From Minisyncoccota bacterium (GTDB lineage Bacteria; Patescibacteriota; Minisyncoccia; Phycocordibacterales; UBA5272), in the NCBI GenBank assembly GCA_041651055.1, contig JBAZJW010000001.1, forward strand, positions 306,661 through 370,660: a DNA stretch of 64,000 bases, written 5' to 3'. The notes under the pieces were generated by a model. The model saw nothing but the letters and a program-made list of their open reading frames with translations, was not told the origin of the DNA and did not search any database. The first letter of the stretch is position 1. The number at the start of each line of letters is the position of its first letter. This document shows, in pieces, positions 12,001 to 18,777 of this stretch. The position numbers and the translations under genes are program-made.

Positions 12001-12432
12001 TGAGATAACGAGCTTATTTTCTGAAATAGGAGAAAGGGTTATTGAGTTGAGTGCTTTCGTATAAGTCACCTCCATAGCCAAAACAATGTTTTGTAGAGAA
12101 GATGGTGTAAATGAAAGATTCGGTACGTTTATTTTTTGAATAGCCAGAGGTTCGCTGTAGGCAATCTTTGGGATCGTTGCGAGAGATTGTGAGGCAAGTA
12201 ATTTTGGAAGTGTGTGTGCAAAAGAAAATGAAGTGTGTGCAAGTTTCGAAACAGTAAACGGTCGAGAACGAAGTGTAAGGATAAGTGATGAAAGAGGTCT
12301 TGCTTGTGAAAATGTGTATTGTGTGTCCTTTGTGTCAGCTGCTTTTGCAGGAGAAAAAGAGACGAAGAAGAAAGCGAGAGAGAGTACTGCGAAGACAAGT
12401 TTTTGGAATGTGCGACTACTAAGATCTTGCAT
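1..12432 (-). CDS. Giant secreted repeat protein (tail-fibre-like, beta-helical adhesin-like). It is 5' complete and 3' truncated by the window edge, with at least 4,144 aa in the window.
   Basis: The minus-strand ATG at 12432 (the revcomp of cat 12430-12432) opens MQDLSSRTFQKLVFAVLSLAFFFVSFSPAKA/ADTKDT, a signal peptide. The frame was hand-translated at 12432, 11475, 8709, 4440 and 1371 (all codon tops are congruent to 0 mod 3) with no stops. The track lists no complete ORF starting at 12432, which implies there is no in-frame stop before position 1. Recurrent motifs include YVGIGTTTP (4440-4418) and GNVGIGSSTPSFKLSVGG (1371-1320). There are long T/N/S/A 9-residue periodic repeats and a collagen-like GPAGANGRDGRDGQ stretch (11475-11434). 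Confidence 0.8.
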   Translation of the reverse strand, partial: MQDLSSRTFQKLVFAVLSLAFFFVSFSPAKAADTKDTQYTFSQARPLSSLILTLRSRPFTVSKLAHTSFSFAHTLPKLLASQSLATIPKIAYSEPLAIQKINVPNLSFTPSSLQNIVLAMEVTYTKALNSITLSPISENKLVISGATPREVGVAGTPLALPFVHTLTSYIVGTLHGEIFSKETVATYASSVNTHLPRLAQIELLPHAQNQGVVLGAFTSQTPSGLAQQKKNLPFLDQLSLSLYCKLSSLSSTLDQKRCNYTILASGLLSPSTNTTNTVAVAPAVTTPTVSTPSSSVTSATIKTTPAASPIYLTKYITEYVPVAGPAGANGRDGRDGQSASNPSLPTSFGGFITPTTVNQSSTPYFAQSLIGVSTIGYLRDTTIEYANFNYGTSSNMYLANATLNGVAFSGSNVFTGSASFSAGVSANTLTASSSTFGNSTTTNAYITNLSAASSTLTDVSATRFLVDNATATNAFIQNLVVGSYITNGSSTSNGNVTVNGGLVVYGSSTLATTTVTSFTADVATTTNLIATSATTTNLAATNASTTNASSTNFFATNSITTNATSTNGFFANLWSTLANITDLIIGNSTTTNAIVTNSTTTNAYVQNLVVGSSTSNGNVTVNGELVVVGTSTFATTTATSFTANNATSTNGFFSNLWSTLARITDLIVGNSTTTNAIITNATSTNLFASNLFGTNATTTNFFSALAAIVGLEVTNSTTTNAIVTNSTTTNAYINNLVIGGGTLNVNGQVVVVGTSTLATTTVTNLSASTASTTNLTVANGTTTNLVAVNASTTNATTTNAYIDKLVIGGGTLNVNGQVVVVGTSTFATTTATSFTATSATSTNGFFSNLWSTLARITDLIVGNSTTTNAIITNATSTNLYTNTFVGGNATTTNLFSSDIKATNGYISGGFGVGVATTAPGVIETSGNVYIGGSLNVAGSLTSSITNGQIQFLAVPFGTGINQGTVYVNPTSAGTNNVLLGLSVAGAEKARIDAEGDVQIVGTFNSTNTTGTNLFSGNLTTNGNTILGDSSADTVTINGKIASTILPSTDLGADLGSPTFRFGNIYAATTTISNLVAGGTASSTFIINTGNFTNDTQDSTLEFSRGIATPNAVLKWNSTLSQFEFNNFKVNFANSINVAGTATSSIAGMLTLTGTPLGTGLGQGSLYINPGSGSTNSTLLGVGVNGVERFRVDAEGDTTIQASLGIQNAIFNINTDTLVVDDKLQLNGNAIKDSTGTTRLTFGATNTFVGAVDLGSGALTTGLINGQTISSAANFTGTLGVTGQTTLSTASSSALTANTLYAIAANLTNASTTGLTATSLYTTNLLATYSTSTNISSTNGSITSLITTSASTTNLSATGATFTNTNTTGTATITNASTTNLSATGFTSASSTLVNATSSNFFATILNAITATFNSFTAGNITATSSLASNGTLNVTGQTTLGNASTTNLSATGATLTSLFSTNATLTNATTTLLAVTGTSTLATTTISNLTVTGQTTLGNASTTNISATGAVFGNTNTTGTATILNASTTNLSASGLFATNAFLSALTVTNASTTNISGSGLNFTNGFFGGLTATNVTFTNASTTNLSATGATLASLFSTNATITNASTTNLSATGATLTNAFVGGLTTTNASTTNVTTSGDSYFSALTSGSIPFISTGGKLSQNNANFFWDNTNTRLGIGTATPASIVDIYGTDALRLPVGTTVQRPSLAGTGQVRYNVTTHQFEGYGDNAVWQGLGGVINPAQTTYITAGVDDYLRFVTSSVERMTIASNGNVGVGTTSPIAMLSVMASSTSLASPFISFNSTTSPIFNVLANGDTIFGKNVSQSTASPLNVSFGGTYGNSTPGSPANLKWTMYNDGNPVNNYGIGMSASLMELRAGASASIGFFPNNGVEAMRIISNGNVGIGTTNPVNGKLEVTGDGSGINSTIRVNSTSNSNSATVGAYSGSVGGFFRAYGSSFGVASLASKAAFGPDGANGIVVFSNAASASNSTGSISLRGGGYDTAAEKLYIDKDGSYFTGNVGIGTTNPGVKLDVAGTGSVTGSSAQLRAISYSSTYSNWQGAGGITLGKSHSDVSGTLATTLNGEGLGQIGFSGVNTAGALYNQAVIDVVQNGNAIAGNGGPARMDFYTGSATGLINTMSINSGNVGIGTTTPAAMFAVNGNSYFAGNVTATGTLNVTGQTTLANASTTNLSATGATLASLFSTNATITNASTTNLSATGATLTNLYSTSATVGTLSATSATLTNASTTGLTATNLYATLFNTTGTTTLATAGGNVGVGTSTPSALFDVNSGGSSMFKVSSAGIATFSGAPSNHFLTINGNSIKDYYQTTGDLRGTMSFGGGSGTDISIAPNSTSGVVQINNGGSSILSGGPSAGSTAGTFTIRPTSIGEYGTYSAAGRDMLLIGGASSDAGATARNGGNIYLDGGAPVNAGIAGNVLLATTRGNVGIGTSSPTTKFAVNGDSYFAGNVTATGTFNIAGQTTLSNASSTGFTATNLYATLFNTTGTTTLATAGGNVGIGTSTPSSKLHVVGDTKLDGNLNIGANSILGNSVSLLFGYAGTLGFSAGGANPFMWLNTATVKGFAGSSISAGYDNPALLVTGYTNKSNGHVLVKGGDNLARSGSAYNGGNVILEPGLPDTTFLGTTGNTMINKADGTEAMRINGTSGYVGIGTTTPAAMFAVNGNSYFAGNVTATGTLNISGQTTLGNASTTNLSATGATLASLFSTNATITNASTTNLSSTGFTGTNGIFTGTFNVNGQSTLATASSTGLTVTGGTYLATAGGRVGIGTTAPGADLQITSSAPSLVLKGLGNNDIASIGITSSNGFSGGAFNEGFKFYYDAPNGTTFFDNYWSGGDMVFRSQVGYTARESMRVTSTGNLGVGTSTPYARLGVKGAGTGTGIAFQTTGSTNIPGLTVLDNGYVGIGTTSPASSLSINGGTVTATSSLVNLVQTWNQSGSTFSGLTMNITDTASLTASNLVDLQVGGISKFSVRKDGRPTIPGALNSSTNGLLITNTDGNVINFGSGDNQIKFYKPIRAYYANAVISGNDTDGPSAKLTVRGANLGSGQDAVTSLTLHGGNASPDAVTNITGGILTLTGGNGSSGSAGLASGGNITLDGGLGYGTGISGNIILGGTRGNVGIGTTTPLSLLSVSSSTATGTSNLFSIATSTSIFNVLANGNVGIGSSTPGYALDVFGTVRAGTTTGKVLLMSDASAAAIGGAGTASIVVGNSKIRDNQYGIDIYPSTSQTGALRVTNESLMGGTGNGITFQALTGNSTGNVVLEGYNANDTGIASYHNILFGINRIEKARFDINGNLGLGTTTFTAKLAVNGDSYFAGNVTATGTVNAPSSLFTNSTSTNLNLSGWFRDSTNATGTSGQALVSTGTSTLWSTIVAGSGVTNAYASSTFMTLVTDFSTHNLTATGTLNVTGDATLALASSTALTVTGQTILASAGGYVGIGTTSPVSPLSVNGGTVTATSSLVNLAQTWNQSGSTMSGLTMNITDTASLAASNLVDLQVGGVSKFSVRKDGAMTVPTGSISSPSSLIISGGPHYITGIANAYTGFFGDDGAGVKGKLLVWKYSNISVPSNYSYSWSSGLDAVSTPDLFLSRKAAANLQLGGADAASPVAQTFSVQSVVAGTTNTAGTSTTFKASAGTGTGLGGAFIFQTAAASSTSGTFQNAFNTAMTILGNGNVGIGSSTPSFKLSVGGDIVASGSGGSLKIDISGASASGTIQPSINSLRFLNSASNAWIKTTSLSHGVAALGVLSWSPDTNPENSDTGFSRISAGVLGLGNGSQGSITGTLIAGNIGIGTTTPTTSLFVQGVGGTNPFNIASSTGSSLMMMNQLGALLFGTTTYAGQAGEVYANLFTAASSTATSTFAGNVNIGSGGLFYNASTSVTSISNLELGNLSFDTDAGIVQWTDLPILNAATGTVESYSAAIAGTSVLTVYGESNGYAAVQYPRVGINMATPLSVLDAYSATSTSNVDIFRLLSDVGGASNVKFRIDSDGDVFTDGGTTIGTPADLAENYPALEAVDAGTVVAFGTSTVAWGQISNTSTTTEMYDISGVRKALTDYEAIGVISTKAGITLGGDTRDGVPVAFSGRIPVKVTTENGEVKRGDFLTVSKTMPGYAMKMTGEGRALGRAISDF
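9797..10590. repeat. Near-identical ~200-bp direct repeats inside the giant gene, with units starting at 9797 and 10377 (period about 579 bp). A ~50-bp sub-repeat is duplicated at 9965 and 10172, and a diverged third copy lies near 10661.
   Basis: Direct comparison of 9797-10010 with 10377-10590 shows only a few mismatches. Antisense ORF 9821..10618 contains MIAFVVVLLPTMRSVIRASVDQRFEKKPLVDVAL twice and VPTTTTCPFTLSVPPP twice. Confidence 0.8.
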
Positions 12433-12436
12433 GTAG

Positions 12437-12721
12437 ATTGATACTTATTAGTATAGTAAAAGTGGTGTATAAGTACAGCACAAAGTGGTACTTATCTGTG
12501 GATAAAGTACAAATTAAAATCCCTTATTCTAAAACGTTAAAATAGAAAATTTGCAGGTAAAATTTTTACTTGATAATTAAAAATTTTTAGTGAAATATAA
12601 GTCCTCTATTTCAACACACTTTTAGTAATGATAAAAGCAAAAATTAACCATTTCTTCTACACATTATGTAGGTCTTAGGGTTTTTAATTAAAAATTATCT
12701 ATAAGGGTTCTCCTTATAGAT
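12437..12721 (-). promoter_or_regulatory. AT-rich upstream region of the giant gene, the presumed promoter and leader.
   Basis: This is 285 bp of A/T-rich non-coding sequence between the rnhB stop and the giant-gene ATG, both on the minus strand. No specific boxes were assigned. Confidence 0.3.
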
Positions 12722-13360
12722 TCATTCTGTTTTATCTAATAGTTTAAATGCCTTTAAATACGAGATTCTATGATACTTCGTAATTCCATGTTTACCGATT
12801 GCGTTTCTGTGATCTTTTGTTCCATAGCCAACATTTTTATCCCACGCATACTCTGAGTTACTTTTTGAAAGAGCTCTCATATACCTGTCTCTTGTTTCTT
12901 TCGCTACAATAGAAGCGAGAGCTATCTCTGTAAATCGTTCATCCCCTTTAATATAGGACTTCTGTCGGAGTGATACATTGTTCACACGTATCCCGGCATC
13001 CGTTCTGATCATACAAGACTCAATAGGAACACCTTGCCGCTTCAAATCGTTCACACACCAATCGATACATTCCTGAGTAGCTTTTGTTATTCCATAAACA
13101 TCAATATACTTTGCACTCCGTGAACAAACTGCATATTTAATATCACTATATATCTTTCTGTTTTTTCTAATAGTTAAGAATATGCTGTTACGTAAACCTT
13201 TATTAATCTTCTTAGAATCTCTAATACTGTTATAGAAAAACTCCTTCTTTGCTTTTAAAGGGGTCTTCAGATAGAGAGCAGAGACAGTTACAGGTCCAGC
13301 CAGAGGACCTCTTCCCACCTCGTCGATTCCTATTACTCCGAATTTCTTAGGTAAGATCAT
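12722..13360 (-). CDS. rnhB: Ribonuclease HII
   Basis: It has the GIDEVGRGPLAGPV N-terminal catalytic motif, is 212 aa long and starts with ATG. Confidence 0.9.
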   Translation of the reverse strand: MILPKKFGVIGIDEVGRGPLAGPVTVSALYLKTPLKAKKEFFYNSIRDSKKINKGLRNSIFLTIRKNRKIYSDIKYAVCSRSAKYIDVYGITKATQECIDWCVNDLKRQGVPIESCMIRTDAGIRVNNVSLRQKSYIKGDERFTEIALASIVAKETRDRYMRALSKSNSEYAWDKNVGYGTKDHRNAIGKHGITKYHRISYLKAFKLLDKTE

Positions 13361-13505
13361 TTGCGTAGTATATAAGAATTTACCTAAAACAAACCACCCC
13401 TCTTGTGAAATAAGTGAACAATTTTAATTTGAATTATTAATTTTTAATAAAAATTTCAAATTTTAAATTAAAAATTATTTTTTCACTTTGTGGTAAAATT
13501 ACCCC

Positions 13506-16500
13506 ATGTTCATCCACCTCCGTAACCATACACACTACTCCCTTCTGAAAGCCCTTCCTAAAGTCGACGCACTGGTACGTGAAGCAAAGAAGTACGGAAT
13601 GACGGCGCTCGCGATCACTGATTACAGCAACATGTACGGTACGATCGAGTTCTATTCAAAATGTAAAAAAGAAAATATAAAACCAATCATCGGAGCTGAG
13701 TTCTTACTCCGCTTTCATGAGCGAACATTTAGCATCGTTCTCATTGCACGCACACTTGCTGGTTACAAGAATCTTATGCGCATCACGTCGATTGTAAACG
13801 TGGAGAATCCTCTCGCACCAGTTCTCACCGAAGAACTTCTCGTCACCTACAGAGAAGGTCTCACTGTGCTCTCTGGTGGCGCGTGGGGCGACATCAGTAA
13901 TCTTCTCGTCATTAATAAGAAAGAAGCAGATACACGTCTCGCCTTTTACAAAGAAAATTTTGGTGAATATTTTTATCTCGAAATAAACCCACAGACCGGC
14001 ATGGAGCATGGTGCAGAAATGCGTGCGAAAACTATCGAATACGCACGAGCAACCAACACCCCTCTTGTCGCAACCTACAACACTCACTACCTTCATGATG
14101 AAGACAAGCCTGCACATAAAGTTTTGTACTTAGTGCATGGTGATGAAAACGGCGCGGAAGAATACAATCACCTCTTTCAAAGAGACTCATACGTTTTTGT
14201 AAATAATGAAGACGCAGAAAAGGATTTCAAGGACACACCAGACGCAATAGCAAACACCGTAACAATCGCAGAAGCATGCACACTTGAAATCCCTCTCGGA
14301 GCCTGGGTGTTCCCTGCTATCGAATTTAAGAAAAATTATGATGATGATGTGCGGGATCTTGCCTACGCGGGACTCGCTGTACGTAACATGGAGCTCACCG
14401 ATCACGTAAAAACACGTCTTGAATATGAATTAAAAGTTATCGCAGATAAAGGATATTCACCATACTTTCTTGTGGTGTACGACCTCCTTCGCTTCGCTCG
14501 TGAAAACGATATTCTCACAAACATCAGAGGCTCAGTGGCTGGCTCACTCGTTACGTACCTTCTTCAAATTACCAAATGTGACCCGCTCGCATACAAACTC
14601 CCCTTCGAACGCTTCCTCAATCCAGAGAGACCTTCTGCGCCGGATATCGACATGGACTATTCTGATACTCGTCGTGATGATGTAATTGATTATGCTCGTC
14701 GAAAGTATGGTCTCGATAACGTGGCTCAAATTGGAACATTCGGAACAATGATGGCACGTGGTGCAGTGCGTGATGTGGCACGCGCAATGAAATTCCCATA
14801 CATTGTAGGTGACCGTATCAGTAAAATGATTCCCCCTCCGAAGCAAGGTTTCCCTGTTACAATCGCTGGAGCAATTGAAGAAATACCAGAATTAAAAGAA
14901 CTCTATGATTCAGATCGTGAAGCGCAAATCATTCTCGACATGGCACAAAAAGTAGAAGGATGCGCACGACATATTTCTGTTCACGCGGCTGGTACAGTGA
15001 TCTCACCATCACCACTCTGGGACTTCACACCAATACAAAAAGATCCTAAAGGAGGAAAGATAATTACCCAGTACGACATGTATACCATTGAAGATGCTGG
15101 CCTTCTTAAATTCGACTTCCTCGGTATTCGAAACCTCACCATCTTGGGAGACGCTATTAAGCTTACAAAAAAACTCTATAACGTAGATGTCGACATTGAA
15201 GCTATTCCCCTTGATGACCATGAGACGTTCAGTATGCTTTCTCGTGGCGAGACAATGGGTCTCTTTCAGTTGAACGGTTCTGGTATGACACGCTTCTTGA
15301 AAGAGTTGAAGCCGAACACCATCTTTGACATCAACGCCATGGTGGCACTGTATCGTCCTGGGCCACTTGAAATGATTCCGGAATATATTAAACGTAAACA
15401 TAACCCTTCCCTTATCGAATACCTCGACCCTCGCCTCGAACCAATCCTCGATCAATCCTTCGGTGTTATCGTCTATCAAGATGACGTCATGCTCACTGCC
15501 ATTCACTTGGCAGGATACTCGTGGCTTGAAGCAGACAAGTTACGTAAAGCGATGGGTAAAAAAATCCCCGCCGAAATGCAGGCACAAAAAGAAAAGTTGC
15601 TCGCGGGATTCGTTGAACACGGCCTCTCCCCAAGAAAGTGTCAGCAACTCTGGCTCCTCATCGAACCGTTCGCCGCGTATGGATTCAACAAAGCGCATGC
15701 TGCGAGTTATGGACGTGTGGCGTATCAGACGGCATACATGAAGGCGAACTTCCCTGTCGCCTACATGACCGCTATCATGAGTAATGAAAGTGGTGACATA
15801 GAAAAAATTGCCGAAATTGTTTCTGAGTGTAAGCGTATGAAAATAAATGTACTTCCGCCGGATATCAACAAAAGTGAAGGAGGTTTTAGTGTGGTGAAAG
15901 ACGAAAACGGAAAAGAAGAAATTCGCTTCGGACTCTACACGGTGAAGAATCTTGGTGTTGATATTTCTGACGCCATCATCGCAGAACAAAAAAAGAACGG
16001 ACCATATATTTCGTTCGAAGATTTCATTCGTCGTGTCACCCATAAAAACTTAAATAAAAAATCTCTCGAAGCACTCACCATGTGCGGAGCTCTTGATAAG
16101 TTCGCAGAGCGCGGAGAACTTCTCGCAAATATGGAAAGTATTCTTGATTTTCATAAACATGTCGTAAAAGACAACATTATGCAAGATAGTTTGTTCGGCG
16201 GCATGGAGACATCAAGCTTCGTTATGAAAAAAGCAAAACCAGTATCCCAAGAACAGAAGCTTGCCTGGGAAAAAGAGCTCCTTGGACTTTTCGTTTCCGG
16301 GTTCCCTCTTGACCCGTGGAAAGAAAAAATCGAGGCTCGTGGCGTCGACATCGACAAGGTGCACCATGATACCCCTGACGGAAAAGAAGTCTCTATCGCG
16401 GTTATTATTGAGCGTATTCGCATCACTAAAACAAAAAAAGGAGACCAGATGGGGCTTCTTACTCTACGTGACTATAGAGGCGCAATCGAAGTCGCAGTGT

Positions 16501-16634
16501 TTCCAGAAACCTATAAACGCTATAAAAGCCTTATAGCGCTTGATAACCCTCTCGTTATTCGAGGAAAGGTCTCAACCAGAAATGGCGAAAAAACAATTGC
16601 CGTAGATGAGATTAAAGCACTCGTAAAAAGCTAA
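13506..16634 (+). CDS. dnaE: DNA polymerase III alpha subunit
   Basis: It has an N-terminal PHP domain (HLRNHTHYSLL...ITDYSNMYG) and is 1042 aa long with a polymerase core. Confidence 0.9.
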   Translation: MFIHLRNHTHYSLLKALPKVDALVREAKKYGMTALAITDYSNMYGTIEFYSKCKKENIKPIIGAEFLLRFHERTFSIVLIARTLAGYKNLMRITSIVNVENPLAPVLTEELLVTYREGLTVLSGGAWGDISNLLVINKKEADTRLAFYKENFGEYFYLEINPQTGMEHGAEMRAKTIEYARATNTPLVATYNTHYLHDEDKPAHKVLYLVHGDENGAEEYNHLFQRDSYVFVNNEDAEKDFKDTPDAIANTVTIAEACTLEIPLGAWVFPAIEFKKNYDDDVRDLAYAGLAVRNMELTDHVKTRLEYELKVIADKGYSPYFLVVYDLLRFARENDILTNIRGSVAGSLVTYLLQITKCDPLAYKLPFERFLNPERPSAPDIDMDYSDTRRDDVIDYARRKYGLDNVAQIGTFGTMMARGAVRDVARAMKFPYIVGDRISKMIPPPKQGFPVTIAGAIEEIPELKELYDSDREAQIILDMAQKVEGCARHISVHAAGTVISPSPLWDFTPIQKDPKGGKIITQYDMYTIEDAGLLKFDFLGIRNLTILGDAIKLTKKLYNVDVDIEAIPLDDHETFSMLSRGETMGLFQLNGSGMTRFLKELKPNTIFDINAMVALYRPGPLEMIPEYIKRKHNPSLIEYLDPRLEPILDQSFGVIVYQDDVMLTAIHLAGYSWLEADKLRKAMGKKIPAEMQAQKEKLLAGFVEHGLSPRKCQQLWLLIEPFAAYGFNKAHAASYGRVAYQTAYMKANFPVAYMTAIMSNESGDIEKIAEIVSECKRMKINVLPPDINKSEGGFSVVKDENGKEEIRFGLYTVKNLGVDISDAIIAEQKKNGPYISFEDFIRRVTHKNLNKKSLEALTMCGALDKFAERGELLANMESILDFHKHVVKDNIMQDSLFGGMETSSFVMKKAKPVSQEQKLAWEKELLGLFVSGFPLDPWKEKIEARGVDIDKVHHDTPDGKEVSIAVIIERIRITKTKKGDQMGLLTLRDYRGAIEVAVFPETYKRYKSLIALDNPLVIRGKVSTRNGEKTIAVDEIKALVKS

Positions 16635-16666
16635 AAAAGTTTGTACACACATGTTTCTCTTTGATA

Positions 16667-16696
16667 TTTACAGCAGCATGCCCTATATGCTATAAT
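16667..16696 (+). promoter_or_regulatory. Sigma70-like promoter of secG, with -35 TTTACA, an 18-nt spacer and -10 TATAAT. The ATG is about 7 nt downstream, so the mRNA is probably leaderless.
   Basis: TTTACA lies at 16667-16672 and TATAAT at 16691-16696. The secG ATG is at 16703. Confidence 0.4.
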
Positions 16697-16702
16697 CTAC
16701 AC

Positions 16703-16927
16703 ATGGTTCACCTGCTATCTATTGTGCAATTAATACTAGCTATTCTCCTCGTTACACTCGTTCTCATCCAGCGAGCAAACACCGACGCGTCAGGCGCTTT
16801 TGGTGCAGATGGAGGATCTGGAGCGGCGCTTGAAAAGCGCGGTGCAGAAAAATCACTTCATCGTATGACGATTTTCGTCGCGATTGCTTTTGTGCTTTCT
16901 CTTGCATATCCACTCATTGTTCGCTAG
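16703..16927 (+). CDS. secG: Preprotein translocase subunit SecG
   Basis: MVHLLSIVQLILAILLVTLVLIQRANTDASGAFGADGGSGAALEKRGAEKSLHRMTIFVAIAFVLSLAY has the SecG pattern: TM1, then LIQ...FG, then Gly-rich, then R.T...F. The track ORF starts with TTG at 16661, but the internal ATG at 16703 is preferred. Confidence 0.7.
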   Translation: MVHLLSIVQLILAILLVTLVLIQRANTDASGAFGADGGSGAALEKRGAEKSLHRMTIFVAIAFVLSLAYPLIVR

Positions 16928-16990
16928 TACGTATCACATATAGATAGTCGAGGGTTTGTAAAGTCTACAAAGAAAGAGAGGTATTTCTCG

Positions 16991-17026
16991 CCTTTACTTT
17001 ATGAACTTTACAAACTTTATAGACTA
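16991..17026. repeat. Copy A of the dispersed ACTTT-phased element (cctttactttatgaactttacaaactttatagacta). A partial reverse copy lies at 16955-16975.
   Basis: It was compared by eye with the copies at 22726, 26818, 34260, 37724 and 58602/58651. Confidence 0.6.
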
Positions 17027-17033
17027 ACTCTCT

Positions 17034-18749
17034 ATGGATATCTCTTCATACACATCTTCTTGGTCTAGATTTAGATCACATACATACACACTTTACAAAT
17101 CTCTTTCTCCAGAGAGGGTTCTTGTGTTGTGGAGCCTTGTAGCACTTGCTGTGCTGCTTACTTTTTCTGCACTTGTGGTTTTCAATACACGATTTCTTGT
17201 TAACACACCAAGTTATGGAGGAATAGTTCGTGAAGGTGTCATAGGAACTCCCCGCTTCATCAATCCAATACTTGCAACAAGTGATCAAGATCGAGATTTA
17301 ACATCTCTTGTCTACGCCGGCCTCACAAAACAAAACACTGCCGCACACCCAATACTTGATATGGCAGAATCAATTACAGAGAGCGATGACAGGCTTCATT
17401 ATGATGTCGTACTGTCAAAAACAGCAACCTTTCATGACGGTGTGCGTGTCACTGCTGACGACGTTATCTATACTGTATCACTATTGCAAAACCCAACAAT
17501 CAAAAGCCCTCATCGTGTAGAGTGGGAAGGTGTCTCAATAGAAAAACAAAATGACTACGCGTTTACCTTTTCTTTAAAGAAGCCATTTCCTCAATTCATG
17601 AATGTTCTTTCTATAGGAATCCTTCCGAAGCATGTGTGGAAAAATTTGACCGAGGAACAAATAAGTTTAAGTGACTATAATATCCATGCGATAGGAAGTG
17701 GTCCGTACAAAATTGATACGATCACAACAAACTCAGGCATTCCTGAAGTATTCACATTGTCGAGTTTTGCAAAGTATTCTCTCGGTCGCCCATACATAAA
17801 CACAATTACAATTACGGTGTATCAAAATGAGAAGTACCTCTTGCAAGCATTTCAAAATGGAGACATCGACAGATTCCATGGTGTAACCCCTGAAAAAATA
17901 ACTAACTTACAAATCGCAACGAGCAGCATCCACACATCGCTTCTTCCTCGTACCTTTGCTGTCTTTTTTAACCCGAACAAAGCAAGCGCACTCTCTGAGA
18001 AACAAGTGCGTACAGCTCTACAAATGGCGATCAATAAAGAAGCTATCGTAAGCACCGTGCTTCGTAACTACGGAAAAGTAATTAACGACCCCTACCCCTT
18101 TGACGAAGACACAACAACTTCGGAGTACAATATAACGAAAGCTCGTTCTCTACTAGAAAGCAGTAAGTCTCTCAAAAAAGCATCGAGTACACTTTCCATT
18201 ACTCTCGCTACAGCGAACACCGATGAGATGAAGAAGGTGGCAGAAATGATTAAAGCCGACTGGGAAGCTATCGGTGTAAATACAACGCTCGCTATTTATG
18301 AAGTATCAGATCTTAACCAAACAGTTATTAAAGATCGAGACTTTCAAGCTCTTCTCTTTGGCTCCATTACCGAAAATCCTTCTGATCTATACGCTTTCTG
18401 GCATTCCTCACAGAGGACCTACCCTGGACTCAATATTTCAAACTACGTAAGTAAAAGACTTGATGCAAACCTAGAAGTTCTCCGTGAAGATGAAGATGAG
18501 CTTGCTCGTATCAGCGCGTATGATGATGTAAAGAAAGAATTTAGAGAAGAAGTTCCTGGTATCTTTTTATTCGCACCGTCTCTTATTTATGTGGCACGAG
18601 ATAAAGTAACCACGATACTTCCACAATATAGTTTCGATAATGCCTCACGCTTCATCCTTATAGAAAGCTGGTACAGATACACCGATCGTGTGTGGCCAAA
18701 AACATATTACAAACAACTTATTCAAACAATGGAAAATCTATTACATTGA
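17034..18749 (+). CDS. ABC transporter substrate-binding protein, family 5 (peptide/oligopeptide-binding-like), N-terminally membrane anchored.
   Basis: It has an N-terminal TM helix and an SBP_bac_5-like N-terminus (GIVREGVIGTPRFINPILATSDQDRDLTSLVYAGL), and is 571 aa long. There is no adjacent permease gene. Confidence 0.7.
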   Translation: MDISSYTSSWSRFRSHTYTLYKSLSPERVLVLWSLVALAVLLTFSALVVFNTRFLVNTPSYGGIVREGVIGTPRFINPILATSDQDRDLTSLVYAGLTKQNTAAHPILDMAESITESDDRLHYDVVLSKTATFHDGVRVTADDVIYTVSLLQNPTIKSPHRVEWEGVSIEKQNDYAFTFSLKKPFPQFMNVLSIGILPKHVWKNLTEEQISLSDYNIHAIGSGPYKIDTITTNSGIPEVFTLSSFAKYSLGRPYINTITITVYQNEKYLLQAFQNGDIDRFHGVTPEKITNLQIATSSIHTSLLPRTFAVFFNPNKASALSEKQVRTALQMAINKEAIVSTVLRNYGKVINDPYPFDEDTTTSEYNITKARSLLESSKSLKKASSTLSITLATANTDEMKKVAEMIKADWEAIGVNTTLAIYEVSDLNQTVIKDRDFQALLFGSITENPSDLYAFWHSSQRTYPGLNISNYVSKRLDANLEVLREDEDELARISAYDDVKKEFREEVPGIFLFAPSLIYVARDKVTTILPQYSFDNASRFILIESWYRYTDRVWPKTYYKQLIQTMENLLH

Positions 18750-18777
18750 TAACCAATTACACAGTAACTAAAAAATT

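Noticed and set aside
1-12432. A possible CRISPR array or non-coding tandem repeat region suggested by the strong periodicity.
   Set aside because: The repeats are imperfect coding repeats inside one continuous ORF with protein-level periodicity. There is no constant-length repeat/spacer architecture.
1313-12436. All + strand ORFs (1313..1678, 2111..2557, 2765..3214, 4346..4855, 7409..7954, 9821..10618, 10661..11266 and others) and the short minus-strand ORFs in the other frame across the first 12.4 kb.
   Set aside because: Every + ORF starts at a coordinate congruent to 2 mod 3 and every listed minus ORF ends at a coordinate congruent to 2 mod 3. These are the stop-poor shadow frames of the single giant frame-0 minus-strand gene. 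They are repetitive, low-complexity (V/A/F-rich) and lack RBSs.
13704-16043. Minus-strand ORFs 13704..14117, 15009..15506 and 15540..16043 inside dnaE.
   Set aside because: They are antisense to a confidently identified dnaE and have no motifs.
16661-16702. The TTG-initiated extension of secG (MIFTAACPICYNLH).
   Set aside because: The SecG TM1 homology starts at the ATG at 16703, and a near-consensus promoter sits inside the extension.
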